A stretch of 64,000 nucleotides of DNA from Lepidodermella squamata (GCA_047495785.1 JBLDXI010000024.1:4836001-4900000), one strand, 5' to 3'; counted from the first letter of the stretch, positions 33,840 to 45,102 are shown. Program-made: numbers and translations. The notes: generated from the sequence alone by a model not told the origin.

Positions 33840-36074
33840 ATGTACGAGCAGATAACAACGCAGACGGAAAATGTCCTCCAGCCAAGCTCAGTCGGCCCAT
33901 TTGTCTCAGAAATTCCGTGCCGAAGCGGCAATCGGGCGCGGGCAGGCTTCGACGGCACCCGTTTCGAAAACCCGTGGTCACCAGTGCCGCGCGCCAGTCG
34001 AGCCCGTCGCCTCAAGCTACTAGGCTCACGCTTATGCAACTGCGCAACCGATGATCGAGTGCCGTCAAAGCGCGTTCTCGACGAAGTGCTACCCGTTAAG
34101 CCGGTCCACTTCGACAACAGCCGGCGGCCCAATGCGCAAACTATGCCGCTGGAGTTGACGTGGATCGGCCACGCGACGTCGCTCGTTCGAATGGACGGCA
34201 TTTCGATCATCACCGATCCGATTTTTAGCAATTACTGCTCGCCGATTGCGTTGCATAACATGCTGAGATACCGCAAAGCGCCGTGTTCTATCGACGATTT
34301 GCCGCAGGATTTGCGCATTGTCGTCATTTCGCACAATCACTACGACCATTTGGACTACAAATCCGTGACGAAAATCTATAAGAGATACGGCAATCTCGTG
34401 ACATTTTGCGTGCCAAAGGGCCTCGCCAAGTGGTTTCGCGATAATTTATCTGGCATCAAAACGAATAAATTGGTTGAGCTGGAGTGGTGGCAACAGGCGA
34501 GCTTTGAGCTGATCTCGCCGGCTGGCTCTATTCTCGGCCAGTTTCAGGTCGTGGCCGTGCCAGCTCAGCACTGGTCTCTGCGTGTTCTGGGCAATCGTAA
34601 CCACTCGTTGTGGTGTGGCTATGTGGTTATCGGACCGAGTAAGCGCAAATTTTTCTTCGCTGGTGATACAGCCTACTGTCCAGGGTTCAAAGAAATCGGA
34701 GCCGAGTTGGGACCTATCGATTTATCGGTAAGTATAAATTCATTGTATCAACAGTCAAATTTGACGTATTGACGTATATTTAAAAAATATTGAGAGAATA
34801 TGCGAATGATTGCTCAAGTTTGCGCTTTCTTGATGTCCAAATGGCATCACTCTTCCACCTTAAAATTCGCCAATCGAAATATATTCAAATCATTTGAAAA
34901 ATCGGAAAGTAATCCAACATTTTATTTCGGTTTTGCAGGATCAAAATGCGCGTGCCCACGTGAACATGAAAAAATAAGCTTAACCGAGTTCAAACCATCT
35001 CGCAAAACATCACCTCAGGCTTCTCAGCCCAAAGGTCTTGGGTTCGACTGCAACTTTTCTCAACTTTTTCACAGGTTAAATTTTTTGCATGACGGAGTGA
35101 CGGACTGACGAAATGGCGAAGCAGCGAAGAAACCTGCACCGCCCCAAAAAGCTATACCTATTTTTTCATGTCCATTGTGTGACCACTTAAAAGTCCAATC
35201 CAATGCGCGTGCTGATTGGTCAATTGATCGTTGCTATGACTCCCGGATGAAACGTTCTGTCGTGCGATCCATAAGATTTTTTGCAACAAGTGTTTTTTGC
35301 CGCAGCAATTTACCACAATTAATATGGAGTTTACGCTCCTGGTCAATGGAAACCGGGCAGAGGGTGTGGCAAGGTCATTTTTTTCATAAATATAAAATAA
35401 TTTATTAGTGGATCGCACGACGGAAATGTTTCATTCCGGAGTCACTAGCAACGATAAATTGACCAATCAGGGTACGCGCCAAGGTTCAACTTTCCAGTGG
35501 TTCCACAATGTCACGCGTACTTCGATCCTTCAAAGCCGAAGTAGAATGGCCCGATATATATCGAATAATATATCGAATTTTGACATTTTTTAATGTCTTT
35601 GAACGAAGTGCCTATTTCTACATAATTATGTTGTATTTGTTAACTAATTGGATAAAATTTTCAAAGTTGATCTATGTTTTCAGGGTTTTCCTGGTTAGGG
35701 TTAGGGTTGAAAATGGTTAGGTATGTACAAATAGGTAAACAGTACCCATAATTATGTGCGAATCGGGGCACCCTATTTGAATTATTCCTGAACGTTTAAT
35801 TTCATCTCAGGCTATTCCGATTGGCGCGTACAAGCCACGTCATTTCTTGCGTTACGCTCACGTCGATCCGATCGAAGCTGTTGAAATTCACCTGGATGTT
35901 CAATCACGGCGTTCAGTCGGCGTGCACTGGGGCACGTTTAAATTAGGTGGCGAGAAGACGCTCGAGCCTAAAGCCGATCTGGCTCAGGCCTCCGCTGACA
36001 AGGGCCTGCCAGCCGACGCTTTTGTAACAATCGGCCACGGCGAAACGCTTGTTGTTGACGGTCGCACGAAATGA
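33840..36074 (+). CDS. NAPEPLD: NAPE-PLD-like, copy 6 (recent duplicate of copy 3)
   Basis: Exons 33840-34727 and 35811-36074; near-identical to copy 3 over the catalytic core with the same intron position. Confidence 0.9.
35173..35510. mobile_element. MITE-like element with ~100-bp imperfect inverted arms in the copy-6 intron
   Basis: CATTGTG..CTGATTGGTCAATTGATCGTTGCTATGACTCC..GTCGTGCGATCCA (to 35271) mirrored from 35409 to CACAATG at 35510. Confidence 0.7.
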
Positions 36075-36437
36075 GGGATCAAAATTCTTCTTCAAATCGA
36101 CAAATACTTGACATTTATGTTAACATGTCAAAAAAGAATATTTCCATTGAAAATGAAATTTATGAAATTTTTTATATCATTCTAATAGGCTCCAAATGAC
36201 TGAGGAAAAGCAATAACTGATGGCCAACTATTTTTTGCCTCGAATAAAAACCATGAGGGATTGTTTGAAGCTGTTTTCATCAGTCGATAAGGTCCAGTGT
36301 AAAGTTTTCCTGATTCCTGGTATTCTCGTTAAACCGGGATTCGAGCGAAAAAATTGTTCATCATTTTTTCACGTCATCGAGAGTTGATTACGATTTACGG
36401 CGGCACAATTATTGTTATGCTTTGCCATCTTGCATCA

Positions 36438-36503
36438 GGCCCGTTGGTCTATGATTCTCGCTTTGGGTGCGAGAGGTCTCGGGTTCAAATCCCGGACGGG
36501 CCC
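36438..36503 (+). pseudogene. tRNA-Pro(TGG) with D-loop deletion
   Basis: 66 nt; GGTCTATGA in place of GGTCTAGGGGTATGA-type sequence; the rest of the cloverleaf is present. Confidence 0.8.
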
Positions 36504-36589
36504 AAGCTTTTTGATATAATAGCCGAAGCGGCGGCATTACAAAAGGTGCATGCAATAAATAGCCTTCAGCAAGTAATGCTATCATAGCG

Positions 36590-36660
36590 GCATCGGTGGT
36601 TCAGTGGTAGAATTCTCGCCTGCCACGCGGGAGGCCCGGGTTCGATTCCCGGCCGATGCA
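36590..36660 (+). tRNA. tRNA-Gly(GCC)
   Basis: Cloverleaf; loop CTGCCAC. Confidence 0.95.
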
Positions 36661-36758
36661 AGCGACCCTGTTTTTGCATGAAAGCTTTGAGCAGCACCCG
36701 GCGAACAATGAAGCGCGGAAATTCAAAAGTAATACCAACAGACTCCATGTCACCAAAA

Positions 36759-36830
36759 TCCTTGGTAGTATAGTGGTTAGTATCCCCGCCTGTCACGCGG
36801 GAGACCAGGGTTCGATTCCCTGCCAAGGAG
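36759..36830 (+). tRNA. tRNA-Asp(GTC)
   Basis: Cloverleaf; loop CTGTCAC. Confidence 0.95.
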
Positions 36831-36903
36831 TCAGCTTTTTACATGCGGATTTGTGGATTTCAAGCAAATTTATTCAGTAATAACGTGCAAAAATGTTGAT
36901 TGC

Positions 36904-36976
36904 CGCCCGATGTGGGGCTCGAACCCACGACCCTGGGATTAAGAGTCCCATGCTCTACCGACTGAGCTAACCGGGC
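36904..36976 (-). tRNA. tRNA-Lys(CTT)
   Basis: GCCCGGTTAGCTCAGTCGG..CTCTTAA. Confidence 0.95.
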
Positions 36977-37066
36977 TTAGCCGACATAGCTGATGACTAG
37001 GGCAGGTTCAAAGACCCAAATCAGGCATGCGACACGAGTCAGAGACAGAGAGTGTGTAAAAACATT

Positions 37067-37139
37067 CGAGGCTGCCAGGAGTCGAACCTGGAATCTTCTG
37101 ATCCGTAGTCAGACGCGTTGTCCATTGCGCCACAACCCC
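37067..37139 (-). tRNA. tRNA-Arg(ACG)
   Basis: Cloverleaf; loop CTACGGA. Confidence 0.95.
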
Positions 37140-37211
37140 ATCGTGTTGATTTAGCATCATATCGTTGATGATACGTACAGCGTTGTAGCACAGGAAAAAG
37201 CATAAAATGTA

Positions 37212-37295
37212 TGTCAGAAGTGGGATTCGAACCCACGCCAGTAGAAACTGACTGCGACCTGAACGCAGCGCCTTGGACCGCTCGGCCATCCTGAC
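37212..37295 (-). tRNA. tRNA-Leu(CAG)
   Basis: Loop TTCAGGT; long variable arm. Confidence 0.95.
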
Positions 37296-37460
37296 GGGAT
37301 GGTGGTATAGATTGATATCCCGCAGACGGCATTTCGCAAAGCCAGTAGAGCGTCGCCACAAAGTACTTAGTTTAATTACCTGTTGCCAATATAAAACTTA
37401 AACTAGCCAGCAATGTCGATCAGGGTGTATCGTTGTTGAAACTGCTGAAGAAGCACTCAA

Positions 37461-37542
37461 GTCGCTATGCCCGAGTGGTTAAGGGGTCTGACTAGAAATC
37501 AGATGCGGTCTCCGCGCGTAGGTTCAAATCCTACTGGCGACG
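37461..37542 (+). tRNA. tRNA-Ser(AGA)
   Basis: Loop CTAGAAA; long variable arm; G73. Confidence 0.95.
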
Positions 37543-37616
37543 ACAGTTTTTGCATTATAACGACTGAAGCTCAATTCTGCAGATATAGCCTCCAGAACAG
37601 TCCTCGCTTTCATCAG

Positions 37617-37688
37617 GCGTCAGTGGTGTAACGGTCAGCATGGTTGCCTTCCAAGCAGCCGATCCGGGTTCGACTCCCGGCTGACGCA
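37617..37688 (+). tRNA. tRNA-Gly(TCC), copy 2
   Basis: Same sequence as 32247-32318. Confidence 0.95.
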
Positions 37689-37775
37689 CACGTTTTTAGC
37701 TCACACGTTTGAGAGCAGCAAACGCATTGCTAGTGACGAGATGAAAGCTTTCCTTCCCAAAAGCAGCGTTCGAGA

Positions 37776-37847
37776 GGTCCCATGGTGTAGCGGTTAGCAC
37801 TCTGGACTCTGAATCCAGCGACTCGAGTTCGATTCTCGATGGGACCT
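37776..37847 (+). tRNA. tRNA-Gln(CTG), copy 2
   Basis: Same sequence as 32406-32477. Confidence 0.95.
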
Positions 37848-37945
37848 TGATCAGTTTTTTCAAGCTAACTGAGCTCACTCTCAGCTGCTGGAAACTTGCG
37901 ATCATAATATTTGTTACCATTCAAACCTTTTCTTTCACTAGCCTA

Positions 37946-38017
37946 GGGGGCATAGCTCAGTGGTAGAGCGTCTCATTCGCATTGTGAAGGTCTCGGGTTC
38001 AATCCCCGATGCCTCCA
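37946..38017 (+). tRNA. tRNA-Ala(CGC), copy 2
   Basis: Same sequence as 32576-32647. Confidence 0.9.
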
Positions 38018-38107
38018 GTTGGCACTTTTTTCGCGTAAATGTTGAGAAGTAACAGCCATAATACTGATGATATGAATCGGAAATAAGCCCAAGGATGCGA
38101 AAAATAG

Positions 38108-38191
38108 TGTCAGAAGTGGGGTTCGAACCCACGCCCTCTTTCGAGGACCAGATCTTGAGTCTGGCGCCTTAGACCGCTCGGCCATCCTGAC
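38108..38191 (-). tRNA. tRNA-Leu(CAA), copy 2
   Basis: Same sequence as 32738-32821. Confidence 0.95.
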
Positions 38192-38980
38192 CGCCTGACT
38201 GAACATTCAATTGGATTCAGATGAACCAGCGCGGGTTCAGCTTCTGGAGTTTTCTTTTGGGCTTTTCGGCTTCGGACCCTCTTCGCCATCGCCTCGGACG
38301 GGTCGAATTTCATCAGAAACCAGGCAAAATTTGTCTGGCAGTTCTTCAGTGACAAGCACTCATCGACATACAATCGCTTTTTCATTAAAACAACGTCCAC
38401 AGCCACCAAAGGCGCAGAGCGCAGATGTTCCAACCGTCTATAAGCCTTAGTTCGCAGTTCGCGGCACGCTGGGCCTAAGCTGTTGCGGCCCCGATCTTTG
38501 GAACATTTTATGTATGTTTATGTAGAATAAATGTAGAACAATCAAATTGCTATGTTGTCGTTGCGTTAAATTCGTTTCACATTTAGCTAATTTTTCGTTT
38601 ATACGCTATAAAATTAATTATGAATCAATCTTTTGTCGTTTTGAAATAGTTTCATTAGCCCAAATAAGTGATTTTCATATCCATAGCGTGTGCTCTCACG
38701 TGATGACTGTTCACGCACACGATTCGTATTTATTCACAAAACCTCCATTCAGACATATGCGTGATAAACCGATTCACTTTTTACTATCGAAATTCATTCA
38801 GCATTTGAATTATGTATTTTCATAGTGCCTCAAATTCATGAGCACTTCATGAGCATTTATCTAAATAATATGTGGATGGCAAAATTTAGAAAAGGAGAAT
38901 TCTGAATGAATCGGTCGACCGTCGACCATTCTTTCCGTTATTTTTCCCTTTTTAAATTTTCACTCTTATTTGTCTTTTAG

Positions 38981-41900
38981 ATGCTAATTGGCTCGGTCAT
39001 TGCTTTTTTACTCGTTATTGACATGGTGGGATCGGCTTTCGTTCCTTCCGTTGCCGATTTGCGAGATTTTCGAAGCTTGACCGCAATGCTGGAGCGCATG
39101 AAAGCTACCAAGCCGGCGGACACCGAAGCCACACCACTCCTCCGCGACACCCCGGCGCCGCTATCGTCTCTTGCTTCGCCGATAAAGGTGTGGTTCGGCA
39201 ACAGTTCGCAACCTGGTTGGACAGATCCTGGCTTCGTCGACCCAGGTACACTAGCAAAACTTGTACAGTAAAAGCTTCAAGAGTTCAGAGAGCATGCGAT
39301 TTAAGAGCGCAGGCTTCGTCATAAGAGGAATTATTAATGATAAATCGCTCTTGTTGCATTGCGCTTGAATCTCGTGCTCTAAAACTACAGAATCATGATA
39401 AAAGGCTCACAACAGGACCCACAAATTTAATAATTCTATCCTTTACAGTTCCTTTGTTGCGATCAGAGTTCTTGAAGTTTCAAACCTACCTGTCTAGCGT
39501 CACGTGCATAAAATTCGAAAATCCAACCTATCTCACTCCTGGCGAAACTGGTCTGGCCCTTTTCGACGCGTATCCTTCATCGTATGGCCTATAATCTACT
39601 AAACTTCATGTCTAATTGTGTCGCACCTTGCAGTATTGAGACCTCCATGATTGATCCAGACACGTTGCTGCTAGCCGTTCCAGAAGAAGAATTTAATGCA
39701 GGACTTAGTTCACTTGTATGTTTACTGAAAGCTAGCATAGCAGGGCGGGATCGATATTATTCACGGCCAAGTTTCAAATCTATTTTAAATTTCAAAGCAC
39801 GGCGGCAAAACATACAAAAATGGGAAGCGGCGTTCTCTGGAAATGTTCCAAAACCTAGATAGATTTGGAGATTTCCAGAAATTAGGCATAGAGAGATAGA
39901 TTAAGAAAAAATAGGACACAAGCAGCGGTTTTGCTACTAATCACTTTTTCCTGTCAAACAAAACGTAGTCTAATTGCATGATACAATAGCGTTAGCCTTA
40001 GCTTTTGGCTTTTGGCTGTACAATTAACTGTGAAGATATCATCTACCATCTACCATACATACTGTTTTTGGGGGTCTAGTGTTAGTACTGGAATTGATTC
40101 TGGCACAGAAAGCATTAAGACTGCTCGCAATTTTTGACATATTCAAATAGACATGAAAGCATTTGTTTTTCGGTACTAGAGAAATTTTGTTCCCACCCTT
40201 TTCTTCGCATTATCGGGATTCTTCTACGAAGGGTGGCGCCCTGACTACCGCGATTATTTGGAGGTCGACCCCGAGAATCAAGAACTGTGAGCTTCACCTA
40301 ACCAGAATGTCTCAGACCAGAGTGTGTTTTTTTCTAGATTTGATTCTGTTATAGAAGCCCGGCCTGCCCTCACCTTCGGTGTGCCATTCGACTACGACTC
40401 AGGAACTCAACTTCCCTTGATCGCTGCTGACGATGAGCTACGCAAGAAGGTACATCCGTACGACCCGCGCTACCTGTCGACCATCGGCCATCACAACTAC
40501 ATGTCGCATTACGACATACTTAAAATGAATTATCTCTACAACTGCTTCGGTATGCATTTTACGAAAAACACCATAGTTCTGGCACTTCATATATGAATTA
40601 TTCCTCGCCTTGAGCATTCTGTCTAGCTAAATTTTTCAAGTTTTCCTTTGATTTCAAGTGCTTCTTTGACAGTCTGGTTGTTTATGTGGGCGCGAAATCG
40701 TCTATGCAAAATATTATAAGAGTTCAAAAAGGCCGAACGTGGTTCATCATAACGTTGGGCTTCTAAAGTATGGTCGAATGAGTCATCAAATTGGCTAAAA
40801 AGATACGTAGATTGAACTAATACTGATATTTTTATTCAGCTGATCCGACTTGCAACGCCACAAAATGCGAGAACGGAGGTTTCCCAAACCCTGCTAAAAA
40901 CTGCACGATATGCCAGTGTCCGTTCGGCTTTGGAGGTCGGCTCTGCGAAACTTTCGCGCCGGCTGTTCCGCCAGGCAGCTGCGGCGGCCTTGTAACAGTC
41001 CCGCCTTGCAGCAAACGGACAATTGAATCTCCGGCTACTTACTCCGCTGGCAACAGCTGTTCATGGCTTGTTTCGACTGTTAGTTCCATTTTTCGAGAGT
41101 TTATTTTCCCTGGTTGTGTATGCCTTATGACTATAACATTCAATGTTAACAGGAAGCCGATAGCGGTTTGATTTTCGTGTTTGAAAAAAGGCCGAACCTG
41201 CAAGTTTCCGAAAGTAATGCCAAGCGTGATTGTTGCCTCAGAAAACTAACTGCTTAATAATTAATTACAGCTTTAAAAGTGTGCGATGATTTCGTCCTTA
41301 TTCGCGATCTTGGTGGCACTGAAAGCTACCCTGGATTCAAGTAGGTTTTTTCATCTGGTAAATGGAAACATAGTATGTCAGTGCGGGACTGACGATTTCG
41401 GATTTTCGACTTTGACATCCGTTGAACAATGCACGTTGAATTGTATTTACTAAACAGCATTAACGTAAACCGGCAGTATTGAATGAGGCTTTTAAATCAA
41501 AGAAGACGCAGAGCGAACTTCATTGAAACAATTATTCAGCCCAATGCATTATATTTCAGATTTTGCGCGAATGGTGTCAGCAGCGGTCGAGCGTTTACCA
41601 CAGACAAGCCACAAGCTATGGTGCATATGCAGGCGATTGTTGGGCAGCAGTCGCCCGACCAGGGCTTCAAACTTGTTGTTTACGCTACTTGCAAGGGCGT
41701 CAAAGCTTCGAACTTGTCGAAGGAGATCTTCTTTACATCGACCGGTTACGATTACGAAGGAACAGCCATAAAGGCAACCAGCTCAAATGAAACGTGCAGC
41801 CCGTGGGCAGAGCAATCTGTTTTCGCTGATTTGGACCTGCCGGGCGGTAGTCTCAACGCATCGCAGAACGCATGTCGCAATCCCAACTCAGGGCCGGGCC

Positions 41901-42697
41901 TGTCTTGTTTCGTCGGAAATTCCACTACGCTGTCAAACTGCTCGACTCGTAGGCTCTCTGATCATTTCTCTGAATTTTCTGTTGATAACATTCTTTTCTC
42001 ATACAGCAGCGGTGAAAAATGAAACTCAGCCAGTGCAGACAGTTCGTTATGTTCGCTGCACCAACACTCAGACGGGTGAATTTGTTAGCTGTCGCCAGAA
42101 CACGTGCCGGGCGGGCGAAACCACTCTCAGCGGCAAAGCTGATCTGAAAACTTGCAATCAAGGCGTAAGTTTCGCATTTCTGTCCCTGGCTAGACCTGAT
42201 AATTAGCAGCTTGCATAAATCGGGAATATCTTTGGACCCAGGTTACAAAGCGGTGCTACACAGGAAAAACGTTCCGTTGTGTTGCCAATGACATGAAGTG
42301 CGACAAACCGGGCGAAACTGAGGTAATTTGTGTGATATAATATGTGGAAAAGAGAATATTCTACTATTTTTCGACCCAGAGCACAACAACGGGGCCATTC
42401 AACTCGTTCCGCTACGTCGCCCGCAATTGGCTCGACTGCCAACACGTCGATGGCATGGTATGTATTCACTGAATTGCAAGTTCCCACGTTGAGCCCTGAT
42501 ATTTTGCAGAAGTATTATCAGTGCTTCAGACAGGGCTCGTCTTCCTTCGTCGACTGCCGTCGGGATAAATGTCACGATGATGAAGTTAGTTAACATTGAT
42601 CATCAATTTCTATATACATAGCTTGTTTTTCGTTGCCTTTCCTTAGAGCCCTGCCGGACCTTTTGGAACGCCGATGAGTTGCTTTGCGAATAACTAA
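38981..42697 (+). CDS. Secreted non-catalytic astacin-like protein: astacin-EGF-CUB-kringle plus Cys-rich tail
   Basis: Multi-exon. Signal peptide; VTCIKF; exon 40180-40286 GFFYEGWRPDYRDYL; FGVPFDYDS..TIGHHNYMSHYDILKMNYLYNC; EGF CENGGFPNPAKNCTICQCPFGFGGRLCE; CUB (CGG..CSW..RFC); kringle (GYDYEG..CSPW..NACRNP); stop at 42695-42697. Some 3' exon borders are approximate. Confidence 0.8.
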
Positions 42698-43520
42698 GCT
42701 CGGAGTCGCTGAGCGTTCTATGCCGGAGATAAATGGATTTTGAAAAGCAAATTCTTGGGAGATTTTACATTCATGATCTATACCCAGCTGTTTATAGCTA
42801 ACAAGTTTAAAACAAGTTGAATTGATCTATGATACATAGTCTATTTTATGACGCGTTTTGCGCTGATATAATGTCCAGTAAAAGTGATTCAAGTTATTTT
42901 AGTGAACAGTGAACAGTGAACCGAAATAAAACGAAGTGAACCGGTCTTCAACTGTAAATGAAAAATTGAAAGTCGATTTGGGCGAAAAGTTTGAAATGTT
43001 TAGGGGGCGATCAGCGATCAAACAATCGATAACTGTCCACGAGCCATTCTGCATATGGTTAGCGACGCGCCAAAACGCCAAAATGACCACTTTGATGACT
43101 CATTCGATCGTACTTTGACGAGCCGAACGTGTTGGAATACGCTCCGCTTATTGGAGCACTGGTCGTACTTGTCGTAATTTGAATTTACGTTCGAGAGTCG
43201 TTTTTGTTTTGCCGCGTCGCTAACGATATACGTCCTTGTGATTTAATTCGAGCCACTGCGGTGGAGCAGCGCTGGAGCCTGCCCATTTTGTACTTGCATT
43301 TGCAAGCCTCTATGCAGACAGTGATTGCTTCTATGCAAACTGCAGACATTGACAGACCTGGAAAGTCAAAAAACAAATAAAGAAACGACCGGCTATAATG
43401 ACGCCCAAAGTTTGCCAAAATGAGTGTCAGCAATTGGTGAATCCGTAGCTACGATTATTTCGTAAAACATTTATAATACTCTGCAGTTATAGCCTCCATA
43501 ACAGTCCTCGCATTCATCAG

Positions 43521-43592
43521 GCGTCAGTGGTGTAACGGTCAGCATGGTTGCCTTCCAAGCAGCCGATCCGGGTTCGACTCCCGGCTGACGCA
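43521..43592 (+). tRNA. tRNA-Gly(TCC), copy 3
   Basis: Same sequence as 32247-32318. Confidence 0.95.
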
Positions 43593-43679
43593 CACGTTTT
43601 TAGCTCACACGTTTGAGAGCAGCAAACGCATTGCTAGTGACGAGATGAAAGCTTTCCTTCCCAAAAGCAGCGTTCGAGA

Positions 43680-43751
43680 GGTCCCATGGTGTAGCGGTTA
43701 GCACTCTGGACTCTGAATCCAGCGACTCGAGTTCGATTCTCGATGGGACCT
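43680..43751 (+). tRNA. tRNA-Gln(CTG), copy 3
   Basis: Same sequence as 32406-32477. Confidence 0.95.
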
Positions 43752-43855
43752 TGATACGTTTTTTCAAACAAACTTTCAGCTCACTCACTCTCAGCTGATG
43801 GAAACTTGCGATCGCAATATTTGTTACCATTCAAACCTTTTCTTTCACTAGCCTA

Positions 43856-43927
43856 GGGGGCATAGCTCAGTGGTAGAGCGTCTCATTCGCATTGTGAAGG
43901 TCTCGGGTTCAATCCCCGATGCCTCCA
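43856..43927 (+). tRNA. tRNA-Ala(CGC), copy 3
   Basis: Same sequence as 32576-32647. Confidence 0.9.
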
Positions 43928-44017
43928 GTTGGCACTTTTTTCGCGTAAATGTTGAGAAGTAACAGCCATAATACTGATGATATGAATCGGAAATAAGCCC
44001 AAGGATGCGAAAAATAG

Positions 44018-44101
44018 TGTCAGAAGTGGGGTTCGAACCCACGCCCTCTTTCGAGGACCAGATCTTGAGTCTGGCGCCTTAGACCGCTCGGCCATCCTGA
44101 C
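44018..44101 (-). tRNA. tRNA-Leu(CAA), copy 3
   Basis: Same sequence as 32738-32821. Confidence 0.95.
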
Positions 44102-44201
44102 CGCCTGACTGAACATTCAATTGGATTCAGATGAACCAGCGGGTTCAGCTTCGAGCATTCACCAAACCTCAAATCTCGAATACGCTGTACTTCATGTGAC
44201 A

Positions 44202-44274
44202 GGCGCTGTGGCGAAATGGCTATCGCGTCGGACTTCGGATCCGAAGATTGTGGGTTCGAGTCCCATCAGCGTCG
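44202..44274 (+). tRNA. tRNA-Arg(TCG), copy 2
   Basis: Fully paired anticodon stem TCGGA/TCCGA. Confidence 0.95.
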
Positions 44275-44387
44275 TCCGCTTTTGTATTTTTGTTAGTTTC
44301 AGTAGGCTTCTGAAGCCATTTAAACAAATATTTCGACAACTGCTTGCGTAAATTTAATCTGCCTGCAATCTACCACGCATTTCAAGG

Positions 44388-44460
44388 GCCTTCCCAGCTC
44401 GGTCGGTAGAGCATGTGACTTTTAATCACAGGGTCAGGGGTTCGAGTCCCCCGGAGGGCG
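44388..44460 (+). tRNA. tRNA-Lys(TTT), variant copy (C8, G14, A49); possible pseudogene
   Basis: Three substitutions relative to 33110-33182. Confidence 0.75.
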
Positions 44461-44547
44461 CAAGCTTTTTCCTCAGTTGCTCGGTTTAGCTGCATTCGGC
44501 TGATTTCACCGCTTCGTCGAATCACTTGCTGTGGCGTTAACTACGAA

Positions 44548-44620
44548 GGGGGATTAGCTCAAATGGTAGAGCGCTCGCTTAGCATGCGAGAGGTAACGGG
44601 ATCGACGCCCGTATCCTCCA
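44548..44620 (+). tRNA. tRNA-Ala(AGC), copy 2
   Basis: Same sequence as 33259-33331. Confidence 0.95.
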
Positions 44621-44695
44621 CAATTTTTTCTGCCTGTAGAAACGGTTTGTTCGCCGAAATGAGACGTCGTCCCTGAAATTCTAGCTGTCACCTTC

Positions 44696-44767
44696 GGCTC
44701 AGTAGCTTAGTGGTAGAGCGTCTGCCTAGTAAGCAGAAGATCGAGGGTTCGATCCCCCCCTGAGCCT
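44696..44767 (+). tRNA. tRNA-Thr(AGT)
   Basis: Loop CTAGTAA; one A-C mismatch in the T stem. Confidence 0.85.
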
Positions 44768-44851
44768 GGTATTGGGTGAATTTTTTGAAAATAAAGCCCC
44801 AAAACTTTGCCAGTCAGTTTTTATGTTGCAGGCGTGGAAATGATAAAAATG

Positions 44852-44923
44852 TTCCCTGACCGGGAATCGAACCCGGGCCGCCGCGGTGAAAGCGCGGAAT
44901 CCTAACCACTAGACCATCAGGGA
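44852..44923 (-). tRNA. tRNA-Glu(TTC)
   Basis: TCCCTGATGGTCTAGTGG..CTTTCAC. Confidence 0.95.
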
Positions 44924-44989
44924 GATGATGACAACGAGACCACTGGACGTTGTGTTCATCTGTCATTCAGCGCTTTTTGCAGGTTTTGC

Positions 44990-45102
44990 AGATCGAGGGT
45001 TCGATCCCCCTGGGGGGTATATTGTTGGGTGAATTTTTAGAAAATAGAGCCACACAACTTTGCCAGCCATTTTTTATGTTGCATGCGTAGAAATGATAAA
45101 AA
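44990..45102 (+). pseudogene. Partial duplicate of the tRNA-Thr T-arm and downstream spacer
   Basis: AGATCGAGGGTTCGATCCCCC..TTGGGTGAATTTTT..AACTTTGCCAG..TTTATGTTGCA..GAAATGATAAAAA repeats 44738-44849. Confidence 0.7.

Noticed and set aside
14194-36074. Horizontal transfer of bacterial metallo-beta-lactamases
   Set aside because: The copies have spliceosomal introns and animal NAPE-PLD-like motifs (F/YENPW, QHVDP); native duplication is simpler.
32326-44351. Repeated short ORFs (MGSNPTSD.., MAERSKAPD.., MVTNIMIAS..)
   Set aside because: They are translations of tRNA genes and their duplicated spacers.
32247-44923. Non-standard genetic code or suppressor/recoded tRNAs
   Set aside because: Every anticodon matches the isotype implied by the tRNA body; none reads a stop codon, and genes end in TAA, TAG and TGA normally.
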